Shown here one piece after another: positions 28,591 to 36,954 of a stretch of DNA of 37,033 nt (position 1 is the first letter of the stretch; each line of letters starts with the position of its first letter). The stretch spans positions 1-37,033 of the forward strand of contig DATAFN010000233.1 of NCBI GenBank assembly GCA_036257435.1, given 5' to 3'. This stretch comes from Actinomycetes bacterium (GTDB lineage: Bacteria > Actinomycetota > Actinomycetes > JAKEEW01). The translations under genes and the position numbers were made by a program. Below the pieces are notes generated by a model. It was not told where the DNA came from. It ran no database searches and was given only the letters and a program-made list of their open reading frames with translations.

Positions 28591-28740
28591 GAACGTCCGC
28601 CCTCGCTGTCCGGATCGGATCTCGCACGGTTGGCGACACCACACCGCGATCGCAGCGCGCCAGCACTCCTGCCATAGAGCGTGGCAGCCATTGGCGAGAG
28701 TAGTGCCGGGACAGGTCAAACAGATAACCGGGGTGTCTCC

Positions 28741-28764
28741 CTACGCGGTGACCTACGCGGTGAC
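28741..28764. repeat. Perfect 12-nt tandem duplication in the sucC upstream region
   Basis: ctacgcggtgac occurs twice (28741-28752 and 28753-28764). In the sucC orientation this reads GTCACCGCGTAG-GTCACCGCGTAG. It lies 151-174 nt upstream of the sucC GTG. Confidence 0.9.
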
Positions 28765-28852
28765 CACCGGAGCAGCCAGATGCACGCCAGACCGAGGCCT
28801 CCCGCAGGGCCCGGACCCCAGCGCAAGCACTCCGCGCGCCAACCCGGCCGAG

Positions 28853-29542
28853 TCAGGCGTCAGTGGTGACAAATACGTGTGTCGCCATGTCTTTGGACAG
28901 CTCCGCAGTTTCCCCGCCGCTGCCGACCAGGACCCCACCGGGCGAGACGGTCGCCTTGACCGATTGACCAGGACGCACTCCGGCGCGGCGCAGCGCGGCC
29001 ATCATCGGCTCGTCGCTCTGCAGCGGCTCGCTGATCCGGCGAACCTGGACCCGGATGCCCTCATCGGTGGCCACCTCGGCGAGCGGTTCGACCCCGTCCA
29101 GAAAATCGTCCGTGATGCCGATCTCGCCGAGTTCCCCAAGGCCTGGGATGGGGTTGCCGAACGGGGACTCCTTCGGATGGTCGAGCAGTTCCAGCAGCCG
29201 CCGCTCGACCGCATCGGACATCACGTGCTCCCAGCGGCACGCCTCGGCGTGCACATTCTCCCAGTCCAACCCGATCACCTCGACGAGCAGGCACTCCGCG
29301 AGCCGGTGCTTGCGCATCACCCGGGTGGCGTGCGCCCGGCCCTTCGCGGTCAGCTCGAGGTGCCGATCGCCTTCGACCGTCACCAGCCCATCCCGCTCCA
29401 TCCGGGCTACCGTCTGGCTGACGGTCGGCCCGCTCTGCGCCAGCCGCTCGGCGATTCGGGCCCGCATTGGAACGACCCCTTCCTCCTCGAGTTCGAAGAT
29501 CGTCCGGAGGTACATCTCGGTGGTGTCGATGAGGTCGCTCAC
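28853..29542 (-). CDS. ideR: Iron-dependent transcriptional repressor, IdeR/DtxR family
   Basis: GTG 29542 gives 229 aa, VSDLIDTTEMYLRTIFELEEEGVVPMRARIAERLAQSGPTVSQTVARMERDGL.. It runs collinear with mycobacterial IdeR. The metal ligands are at the exact canonical positions (M10, H79, E83, H98, C102, E105, H106, counted in the translation). A C-terminal SH3-like domain is present. Confidence 0.9.
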   Translation of the reverse strand: MSDLIDTTEMYLRTIFELEEEGVVPMRARIAERLAQSGPTVSQTVARMERDGLVTVEGDRHLELTAKGRAHATRVMRKHRLAECLLVEVIGLDWENVHAEACRWEHVMSDAVERRLLELLDHPKESPFGNPIPGLGELGEIGITDDFLDGVEPLAEVATDEGIRVQVRRISEPLQSDEPMMAALRRAGVRPGQSVKATVSPGGVLVGSGGETAELSKDMATHVFVTTDA

Positions 29543-29592
29543 GTGGCCATTGTCTACTCCGGGGGCAACCCCGGGCGAGTAGCCTCGGCCGT

Positions 29593-30249
29593 ATGGCAGA
29601 CCCCGAACGTCCGGGTGCCGCTCGTTGGGTACCGGCCGGCGCCGGCATCGACCAGCTTGCAGCCGCGGCCCGCGGCTGCGAGGGCTGCGAGCTGTACAAG
29701 GACGCAACGCAGACGGTCTTCAGCAAAGGCAGCCCTACCGCACGGGTGGTTTTCGTCGGTGAGCAGCCGGGTGACCAGGAGGACCTGCAGGGCGCGCCGT
29801 TCGTCGGGCCGGCCGGCCGGCTGCTCGACCGGGCCCTCGAGCAGGTCGGCATCGCCACGGCGGACTCCTACGTCACCAATGCGGTCAAGCACTTCCGCTT
29901 CCAGCGCGCCACCCAAGGCAAGCGGCGGATCCATCAGACTCCGGACCAGGCCCACATCGAGGCGTGCCGGCCCTGGCTGGATGCCGAGCTGGCCATCCTC
30001 GACCCCGAGGTCCTGGTCATCCTGGGCGCGACCGCGGGGCGCGCGCTGCTTGGGCCCTCGTTCCGGGTGACCCAGCAGCGCGGTCTTCCGATCCCGATGC
30101 CGCCGCGGGACGGTGAGGACGCGGCCCGCAAGGCCGGATACATGGTGCCAACCGTGCACCCATCCGCCGTCCTGCGTGCGGACGACCAGGACCAGGCCTT
30201 CGAGGCGTTCGTCAAGGATCTGCGGGTCGCCGCCGACCTGCTGTCCTAG
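29593..30249 (+). CDS. udgX: UdgX-type family-4-like uracil-DNA glycosylase (covalent uracil-DNA-binding protein)
   Basis: 218 aa. Motif A is GEQPG, motif B is HPSAVLR, and Fe-S cysteines are present (CEGC..). The UdgX-specific insertion KRRIH is encoded at 29920-29934 (His at residue 114). The protein is collinear with M. smegmatis UdgX as I recall it. Confidence 0.85.
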   Translation: MADPERPGAARWVPAGAGIDQLAAAARGCEGCELYKDATQTVFSKGSPTARVVFVGEQPGDQEDLQGAPFVGPAGRLLDRALEQVGIATADSYVTNAVKHFRFQRATQGKRRIHQTPDQAHIEACRPWLDAELAILDPEVLVILGATAGRALLGPSFRVTQQRGLPIPMPPRDGEDAARKAGYMVPTVHPSAVLRADDQDQAFEAFVKDLRVAADLLS

Positions 30250-30259
30250 GGCCCGGATA

Positions 30260-30988
30260 ATGCGCGCCATGTCGGCCGCGCCCGTGCTTACCATCAACCG
30301 CCGCTTCAACGGACCGCCCGACTCGGCAAACGGCGGCTACCTGTCCGGGCGGCTGGCCGCGCTGCTCAGCGGCGGTCTACCCGGAGCCGAGCCGGTCGCG
30401 GTGACGCTGCGCAAGCCGCCGCCGCTGGCCGAGCCGATGACCGTGGTCGAGGCTGCGCCGAGGATCCGGCTGGAACGGGCGGGCACCCTGATCGCCGAGG
30501 CCGCGCCAGCTGATCTCACCGGCAGCCCGGTCGAACCGGTGGATCCCGACCAGGCCGCCGCGGCGGCGCGCCACTACGGCGGGCTCGTCGATCATCCGTT
30601 CCCGACCTGTTTCGTGTGCGGGCCGGCCCGGCCGGCCCGCGACGGGCTTGGACTGCAGCCCGGGCTGCTGCCCGGTCGGGCCGACACGACCGCGGCCTTG
30701 TGGCAGCCGGACGCCTCGCTGGCCGACGGTGGCCGGGTCCGCCCGGAGTTCGTCTGGGCGGCGCTCGACTGCCCGGGCGGGTGGACCGTCGATCTGGTCG
30801 GCCGGCCGATGGTGCTCGGACGGATGACCGCACGAGTGCAGGCCGTGCCCGGGGTCGGCGAGCGGTGCGTCGTAGTGGGTCGGCTGAACGGCCGGGACGG
30901 CCGCAAGGCGTTCACCACCACGACCGGGTACGGCGCCGACGGCCGGGTGCTCGGTAAGGCCGACGCGGTCTGGATTGAGATCACCTAG
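30260..30988 (+). CDS. Hotdog-fold (PaaI/4HBT-like thioesterase) domain protein
   Basis: NGGYLSGRLAAL.. and HPFPTCFVCGP.R..DGLGL are followed by CPGGW and a C-terminal beta-sheet region. This pattern occurs in actinobacterial hotdog proteins. Start at ATG 30260 or 30269. Confidence 0.55.
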   Translation: MRAMSAAPVLTINRRFNGPPDSANGGYLSGRLAALLSGGLPGAEPVAVTLRKPPPLAEPMTVVEAAPRIRLERAGTLIAEAAPADLTGSPVEPVDPDQAAAAARHYGGLVDHPFPTCFVCGPARPARDGLGLQPGLLPGRADTTAALWQPDASLADGGRVRPEFVWAALDCPGGWTVDLVGRPMVLGRMTARVQAVPGVGERCVVVGRLNGRDGRKAFTTTTGYGADGRVLGKADAVWIEIT

Positions 30989-32292
30989 GGCTTCGGATGC
31001 CGCGCGTCGTAGCGGGCAAAGCCCGGGAACCGGACCGCGAGCAACCAGAGAGCCGTTACGCAGGCCACTGCACCGGACAGGATCGCGACCCGTTCTGAGG
31101 TAAGCGTCGCCACCGTGCCGGCGGTGAAGTCGCCCAGGCGCGGACCGCCGGCGACAACCACGATGAATACGCCCTGCAGCCGCCCTAGCAGCGCATCCGG
31201 CGTAGCCACCTGCAGGATCGTGTTGCGGAACACCGCACTTATCATGTCCGCCCAGCCGGCCACGGCCAGGCAGAGCACACCGATCCACAGCGCCCGGCTC
31301 AGCCCGAACAGTCCCACCGCGACACCCCAGACGGTGACCGCGATCAACACCGCCAGCCCCTGCCGGCGCACCCTGCCGGTCCACCCGGACACCAGCGCGG
31401 CGGCCACCGCGCCGAACGCGGGTGCGGCGGCGAGCAGCCCGACGGTGCGGGTGCCGCCACCGTAGAAGCCACCGGCCACCGCCGGGAACAGGGCGCGCGG
31501 CTGGGCCAGCACCATCGCGCACATATCGGCCAGGAAGGTCATCAACACGTTCTTGCGGGTCCGCAGGAACCGCAGCCCCTCGAGCACCGAGCTCAGCCCC
31601 GGCGCCCGGCCGTCCCCGCCCACCGGCATCGCCGGGAGCCGATAGAGCGTGTACAGCGCGACGCAGAAACCGATCGCGTCCAGCGTGTACGCGGCCGGTA
31701 ACCCGAGCCAGCCGATCACCACCCCGCCCAGCAGCGGGCCGAGCGTGAACCCGAGGTTGTGGCCGAGCTGGCCGAGCGCATTCGCGGAGGTGAGCAGCTC
31801 GCGCGGGAGCAACCGCGGGATCATCGCCAGCCGGGTCGGATTGTTGATCGCGCTGAGCGCGCCCTGGAGGGCCACGCAGACATACAGCAGCCACAGCGCC
31901 CGGCCGCCGGCAAACGCCTGAACCGCGAGCACAATGCTGACCAGGGCGAGCCCGGTCGACGAGGCCAGCGCAAGCCGGCGGCGATCCACCGCGTCGGCCA
32001 CCGCTCCTCCGTACAAGCCAAACATGATCATCGGCACCAGCATGCAGATGCCGATCGCGCCGACCGCGAAGCTGGACCCGGTCAGCGAATACACCTGGAT
32101 CGCGACCGCGACACCGGTCATCTGCGCGCCGAGGAACGACACCGTGGAGCCGATCCACAGCCGGCGATAGTCCGGGGCCGTCTGCAGCGGCCGCAGGTCC
32201 ACCATGACCCGCCGCCGCACCGGTTGAGCGACCTCCGCGACCTCGTCGATCGGGGATTCGCTACTCACGGCGCCAGTCGCTCGATGATCCAC
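30985..32292 (-). CDS. MFS transporter (EntS/enterobactin-exporter-like DHA3-type)
   Basis: About 12 predicted hydrophobic helices and a YRRLWIGSTVSFLGAQM N-terminal motif typical of this MFS clade. The start is uncertain: GTG 32292, GTG 32268 (GTGA overlap with the pdxH stop) or ATG 32205. Confidence 0.85.
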   Translation of the reverse strand: MDHRATGAVSSESPIDEVAEVAQPVRRRVMVDLRPLQTAPDYRRLWIGSTVSFLGAQMTGVAVAIQVYSLTGSSFAVGAIGICMLVPMIMFGLYGGAVADAVDRRRLALASSTGLALVSIVLAVQAFAGGRALWLLYVCVALQGALSAINNPTRLAMIPRLLPRELLTSANALGQLGHNLGFTLGPLLGGVVIGWLGLPAAYTLDAIGFCVALYTLYRLPAMPVGGDGRAPGLSSVLEGLRFLRTRKNVLMTFLADMCAMVLAQPRALFPAVAGGFYGGGTRTVGLLAAAPAFGAVAAALVSGWTGRVRRQGLAVLIAVTVWGVAVGLFGLSRALWIGVLCLAVAGWADMISAVFRNTILQVATPDALLGRLQGVFIVVVAGGPRLGDFTAGTVATLTSERVAILSGAVACVTALWLLAVRFPGFARYDARHPKP

Positions 32293-32918
32293 TCCATACC
32301 GTCGGCGCTTCGCCGGTATCGCAGCCGGTCGTGCATCCGGCCGGCCCGGCCCTGCCAGAACTCCACCGTATCCGGGAGCAACCGGTAGCCACCCCAGAAG
32401 TCTGGCGCCGGCACCGCGGTACCCGCAGGCCAGCGCTCGATCAGCTTCCGGTAGCGCTCGTCGAGCTCGGCGCGCGATGCCACCACGCTGGACTGCCGGG
32501 AGGCCCAGGCGCCGATCTGGGAGTCGTACGGCCGGCTCGCGAAGTAGGCGGCCGACTCGGCGTCATCGGTCCGGGCCACCGGACCGGACGCAATGACCTG
32601 CCGGCCGATGGGGTACCAGGGGAACAGCACCGTCGCCCACGGGTTGGCCGCCAGCTCGCGCGCCTTGCGCGAGGTGTGGTTGGTGAAGAACAGCAGGCCA
32701 GCAGCCCCGAAACCCTTGAGCAGCACGGTCCGAGCGCTCGACCGGCCGGCCGCGTCGGCGGTTGCCAGAATCATCGCGTTCGGCTCCGGGAGCTCAGCCG
32801 CGGCGGCCGTGGACAGCCAGTCCGCGAGCTGGCGCAACGGATCCGGGGCAAGGTCGGCTACATCGAGCCCGGCAAGCTGGTAGGAAGCACGCATCGCCGC
32901 CAGTCGGTCCGGCTCCAT
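32265..32918 (-). CDS. pdxH: Pyridoxamine 5'-phosphate oxidase
   Basis: 217 aa. PNAMILATAD..RTVLLKG..FFTNHTSRKA..FWQGR..RLHDR-like (here RMHDRLRY) and the terminal ..IERLAP are PdxH signatures. Confidence 0.93.
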   Translation of the reverse strand: MEPDRLAAMRASYQLAGLDVADLAPDPLRQLADWLSTAAAAELPEPNAMILATADAAGRSSARTVLLKGFGAAGLLFFTNHTSRKARELAANPWATVLFPWYPIGRQVIASGPVARTDDAESAAYFASRPYDSQIGAWASRQSSVVASRAELDERYRKLIERWPAGTAVPAPDFWGGYRLLPDTVEFWQGRAGRMHDRLRYRRSADGMEWIIERLAP

Positions 32919-33001
32919 GGCCGCCCCTTTCTTCTAGGCTGGCAGGCTAAGACCGGCCCCGAGACCGTGCCCCAGCTGCGTATGGCAAAGGAGCATCCGC
33001 A

Positions 33002-34102
33002 ATGACGGAGTCCGAGTTCAAGCCCGGTCTCGAGGGTGTGATCGCCTTCGAGACCGAGATCGCGGAGCCGGACAAGGAGGGTGGCTCGTTACGCTACCGC
33101 GGCGTCGACATCGAAGATCTTGTTGGGCGAATCTCCTTCGGCAACGTGTGGGGGCTGCTGGTCGACAACGAGTTCAACCCTGGCCTGCCACCGGCCGAAC
33201 CGTTCCCGCTGCCGGTTCACTCCGGCGATGTGCGGGTGGATGTGCAGAGCGCGATCGCGATGCTGGCGCCGGCCTGGGGGCTGCACCCGCTGTACGACAT
33301 CGACGACGAGCAGGCCCGCGAGGATCTGGCCCGGACGGCGGTCATGGTGCTGTCGTACGTCGCGCAGTCCGCCCGCGGCATCGGCCTGCCGATGGTGCCG
33401 CAGCGAGAGATCGACAAGGCCCGCACGATCGTCGAGCGGTTCATGCGGCGCTGGCGCGGTGAGCCGGACCCGAAGCACGTGCGGGCCATCGACGCGTACT
33501 GGACCTCCGCCGCCGAGCACGGCATGAACGCGTCCACCTTCACCGCCCGGGTGGTGGCATCCACCGGCGCCGACGTGCCGGCCTGCCTGTCCGCCGCGGT
33601 CGGCGCGATGTCCGGGCCGCTGCACGGCGGTGCGCCGTCCCGGGTGCTGCACATGCTCGAGGAGGTCGAGCGCACCGGCGATGCCGTCGGCTACGTCAAG
33701 CGGCTGCTGGACTCCGGCGACCGCCTGATGGGGTTCGGTCACCGCGTGTACCGGGCCGAGGATCCGCGCGCCCGGGTGCTGCGGCGCACCGCCAAGGAGC
33801 TAGGCGCGCCGCGTTACGAGGTGGCCGAGGCGCTGGAGCAGGCGGCGCTGGCGGAGCTGCGGGCCCGCCGGCCGGACCGGGTGCTGGAGACCAACGTCGA
33901 GTTCTGGGCGGCCATCGTGCTGGACTTCGCCGAGGTTCCGGCGCACATGTTCACGGCGATGTTCACGTGTGCGCGAACGGCCGGCTGGAGCGCGCACATC
34001 CTCGAGCAGAAGCGCACCGGACGGCTCATCCGACCGTCTGCCCGTTACGTCGGCCCCGGCCCGCGCAAGCCCGAGGAGGTCGAAGGCTGGGCGCCACACT
34101 AA
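33002..34102 (+). CDS. citA: Citrate synthase 2 (CitA-like, about 366 aa)
   Basis: An SD (AAGGAG) lies 8 nt before the ATG. GLEGVIAFETEIAE..LRYRGVDIEDL..AAEHGMNASTF..GPLHGGAPS..GFGHRVYRAEDPRA..NVEFW are citrate synthase catalytic motifs. Confidence 0.9.
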   Translation: MTESEFKPGLEGVIAFETEIAEPDKEGGSLRYRGVDIEDLVGRISFGNVWGLLVDNEFNPGLPPAEPFPLPVHSGDVRVDVQSAIAMLAPAWGLHPLYDIDDEQAREDLARTAVMVLSYVAQSARGIGLPMVPQREIDKARTIVERFMRRWRGEPDPKHVRAIDAYWTSAAEHGMNASTFTARVVASTGADVPACLSAAVGAMSGPLHGGAPSRVLHMLEEVERTGDAVGYVKRLLDSGDRLMGFGHRVYRAEDPRARVLRRTAKELGAPRYEVAEALEQAALAELRARRPDRVLETNVEFWAAIVLDFAEVPAHMFTAMFTCARTAGWSAHILEQKRTGRLIRPSARYVGPGPRKPEEVEGWAPH

Positions 34103-34128
34103 CCCGCCCCGCGGCCGACGGGCGGTGA

Positions 34129-36954
34129 TCAGGAAGGGCGGGTGGGGGTGGCGGTGGCAGCTTTGGCGAGGACCTCGGCCAGGTGGTAGGCCGGGCGGCC
34201 GGTGCCGTGCGCGATCTGCAGCCGGCAGGAGATGCCGTCCGCGATGACCAGCGTGTCCGGCCCGGCCGCCCGGACCGCCGGAAGCAGCGCCAGCTCGCCG
34301 ACCGCCATGGAGACCGGGTAATGGCCGCGCTCGAAGCCAAAGTTGCCGGCCAGTCCGCAACAGCCGGCGTCCGGCACATCGGCGCGTACACCGGCCCGGC
34401 CGAGCAATCGGCGATCCGGGTCGAACCCGAGCACCGCATGCTGGTGGCAGTGGATCTGCACGATCGCGTCCGCATCGACGGCCGGCGGCGTCCACTGCGG
34501 CGCGTGCTCGTGGAGCAACTCGGCGAACGTCCGAATGCCGGCGGCGACCGGCCCGGCTCGCGGGTCGCCGGGCAACACCGCAGCGAGGTCACCGCGCAGC
34601 GCCGCCGCGCAGCTCGGCTCGAGCACCACCACCGGCGTGCCGGCCGCGACCACCGGCGCGAGCACGTCCAGCGCCCGGCGCATCACCCGGCGGGCCACGC
34701 CCAGCTGGCCCGTGGACAGCCAAGTGAGACCGCAACACACGGCCCGATCGGGCAACCGCACGGACAGTCCCGCGCTCTCCAGCACCCCGACCGCGGCGAT
34801 CCCGACCGACGGGGTGAGGTAGTTGGTGAACGTGTCCGGCCAGAGCAGCACCTGATCGCCGCCATTCCGCGCCGGAGGCCGCCGGTGGTACCACCCCAGC
34901 AGTGACCGGGCCGGAAGCGGTGGCAGCGGCCGCTCGGCGGCGATGCCGGCCAGCCACCGCAGCAGGCTGCCGGTCGTGCGGCCACCCATCAGACCGTTGA
35001 CCAGTGACGGCGCCAGCCGGGCCAGCCGTAGCCACAGGGGCAGGCAGCCCAATGAGTAGTGCGAGGCCGGACGAGGCCGTCCCGCATAGTGGTGGGCGAG
35101 GAACTCCGACTTGTACGCGGCCATGTCGACGTTGACCGGGCAATCCGACGCGCAGCCCTTACACGACAGGCAGAGGTCCAGCGCATCGCGCACCTCGGCC
35201 GAGCGCCAGCCATCGGTGATCAGCTCGCCGCCGAGCATCTCCTCGAGCAGTCGAGCGCGTCCCCGGGTCGAGTGCTGCTCGGCGCGGGTAGCCCGGAAGC
35301 TTGGGCACATCACGCCCCCGCGCTCGGTCCGGCACGCCGCCACGCCGACGCACCGGCGCAGCGCGCGAGCGAAGTCACCGCCATCCTCCGGATAGCCGAG
35401 CTGGGTGCGCGGCCGCGGGCCGGCCGTCAGCCGAAGATTCCGGTCCAGCGGCAACGGCCGGACCGCGACTCCGGGGTTCATCCGATCGTCGGGATCCCAG
35501 ATCGCCTTGAACTCGCCGAACGCCCGGATCACCTCGGCCGGGAACAGCCGCTCGTACAGCTCGGTGCGGGCCAGGCCGTCGCCGTGCTCGCCGGAGAACA
35601 CGCCGCCGTAGCCGATGACCAGGTCGGCCGCCTCGGTCAGGAACCGCCGGTAGCCGGCCACGCCGGCGGCCGAGCCGAGGTCGAAGTCGATGCGCACATG
35701 CACGCAGCCCTCGCCGAAGTGGCCGTACATGATCCCGCGGCGGTGGTGCGCGGCCAGCAGCGCCGTGAAGTCGCGCAGGTAGCCGCCCAACCGCTCGGGT
35801 GGCACGGCCGCGTCCTCCCATCCGGGCCACGCCTCGCTGCCGTCCGGCATCCGGCTGGCCAGCCCCGCGCCGTGCTCGCGAATCCGCCAGAGCGCGCGCT
35901 GCCGGTCCGGGTCGGTGACCACCGACTGGCTCGGCGCCGCCATCGCCCGCGCGACCCGGGCGGCCACCGCCGCAGCATCGTCGGGCGACTCGCCACCCAC
36001 CTCGACGTACAGCCAGCCACCGCCAGCCGGTAGCGCAACCGGCGGGCGGCGCCCCCGGGTGGCAAGCGTCGCGACCAGCTGCTCGTCGATCCCTTCCACC
36101 GCGAGCGGGCGGTACTCGGCCACTGCGGGTGCGGCGTCGGCGGCGGCCGCGGCATCCGGGTAGCCGAGCACGAGCAGGGCGCGCGCGGCCGGAGCCGGCA
36201 CCAGCCGCACGGTGGCGCCGAGCACGGTGACGCAACTGCCCTCGGCGCCGACCAGCGCCGCGGCCAGACTGCCGCCCCGCTCCGGCAGCAACCGGTCGAG
36301 CAGGTAGCCGGAACTGCGCCTGGGCAGCTGCGGCAGCCCGGTCCGCAGGGCGGCACGGTACCGGTCGAGCAACGCGGTCACCGCCGGGTGCCCGGCGGCG
36401 GACCCGACCGAGTGCCGCTCGCCCCGATAGGTGAGCACGTCCAGCGCCTCGACATTGTCCGCGGTCGTGCCCCAGGCGACCGAGTGCGCGCCGCAGGAGT
36501 TGTTGCCGATCATCCCGCCGACCGTGCACCGGGTCCTGGTGGCCGGGTCCGGGCCAAACGTGAGGTCGTGCACCGCCGCGGCCTGGTTGAGCCGGTCCAG
36601 CACCACGCCGGGTTGCACGGTGGCGGTGCAGCGGGTCGGGTCGATGGCGTCGATCCGGGTCAGGTACCTCGACGTGTCGATGACCAGCCCGGTCCCGGTG
36701 GCCTGGCCGGCCACGCTGGTACCGCCACCTCGGACCACGAGCGGAGCGTCGAACTCCCGGGCGGCGGCGACCGCGGCGATGACACCGTCGACGCTGCGTG
36801 GCAGCACCACTCCAACCGGCACCCGCCGGTAGATCGACGCGTCGGCGGTGTAGAGCGCACGAGTCCCGGCGTCGAACCCGATCTCGCCGTCCACGGTCGC
36901 GGCCAGCCGCTCCCGCAAGCCCGCGGCATCGACGCCGGCGTTCGTGCCCCGCAC
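34129..36954 (-). CDS. FAD-linked oxidase (GlcD-like) fused to 4Fe-4S / CCG-domain (GlcF-like) module; YdiJ-type 2-hydroxyacid dehydrogenase
   Basis: 941 aa. It has an N-terminal FAD_binding_4 region (VVRGGGTSVAGQATG), a central CLSCKGCASDCPVN ferredoxin-type motif, and two cysteine-rich CCG motifs (AVCCGLTW, AGCCGLAGNFGF). Confidence 0.88.
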   Translation of the reverse strand: MRGTNAGVDAAGLRERLAATVDGEIGFDAGTRALYTADASIYRRVPVGVVLPRSVDGVIAAVAAAREFDAPLVVRGGGTSVAGQATGTGLVIDTSRYLTRIDAIDPTRCTATVQPGVVLDRLNQAAAVHDLTFGPDPATRTRCTVGGMIGNNSCGAHSVAWGTTADNVEALDVLTYRGERHSVGSAAGHPAVTALLDRYRAALRTGLPQLPRRSSGYLLDRLLPERGGSLAAALVGAEGSCVTVLGATVRLVPAPAARALLVLGYPDAAAAADAAPAVAEYRPLAVEGIDEQLVATLATRGRRPPVALPAGGGWLYVEVGGESPDDAAAVAARVARAMAAPSQSVVTDPDRQRALWRIREHGAGLASRMPDGSEAWPGWEDAAVPPERLGGYLRDFTALLAAHHRRGIMYGHFGEGCVHVRIDFDLGSAAGVAGYRRFLTEAADLVIGYGGVFSGEHGDGLARTELYERLFPAEVIRAFGEFKAIWDPDDRMNPGVAVRPLPLDRNLRLTAGPRPRTQLGYPEDGGDFARALRRCVGVAACRTERGGVMCPSFRATRAEQHSTRGRARLLEEMLGGELITDGWRSAEVRDALDLCLSCKGCASDCPVNVDMAAYKSEFLAHHYAGRPRPASHYSLGCLPLWLRLARLAPSLVNGLMGGRTTGSLLRWLAGIAAERPLPPLPARSLLGWYHRRPPARNGGDQVLLWPDTFTNYLTPSVGIAAVGVLESAGLSVRLPDRAVCCGLTWLSTGQLGVARRVMRRALDVLAPVVAAGTPVVVLEPSCAAALRGDLAAVLPGDPRAGPVAAGIRTFAELLHEHAPQWTPPAVDADAIVQIHCHQHAVLGFDPDRRLLGRAGVRADVPDAGCCGLAGNFGFERGHYPVSMAVGELALLPAVRAAGPDTLVIADGISCRLQIAHGTGRPAYHLAEVLAKAATATPTRPS

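Noticed and set aside
27484-28677. Long ORFs of 397 aa (plus strand) and 352 aa (minus strand, 27617..28675) overlapping sucC.
   Set aside because: sucC is unambiguous in its own frame. The alternatives are Arg/Asp/Gly-rich shadows with no recognisable domains.
28591-29592. IdeR iron boxes (TTAGGTTAGGCTAACCTAA-like) near ideR, the MFS exporter or elsewhere in the window.
   Set aside because: No convincing 19-bp match was seen by eye. The closest fragment (AGGCTAA at 32944-32950) matches only part of one half-site. A position-weight-matrix scan should confirm this.
30985-30988. The convergent hotdog and MFS genes share the palindrome CTAG, so both stop codons (TAG on each strand) overlap.
   Set aside because: It is real but trivial. 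Four-base convergent stop overlaps at CTAG/TTAA occur by chance in compact genomes, and no functional implication can be argued from sequence alone.
30377-32158. A 593-aa minus-strand ORF spanning the hotdog gene (antisense) and the MFS gene (out of frame).
   Set aside because: Extreme Arg/Gly/Pro content and no hydrophobic helices or motifs. The MFS frame (30985..32292) shows clean transmembrane periodicity.
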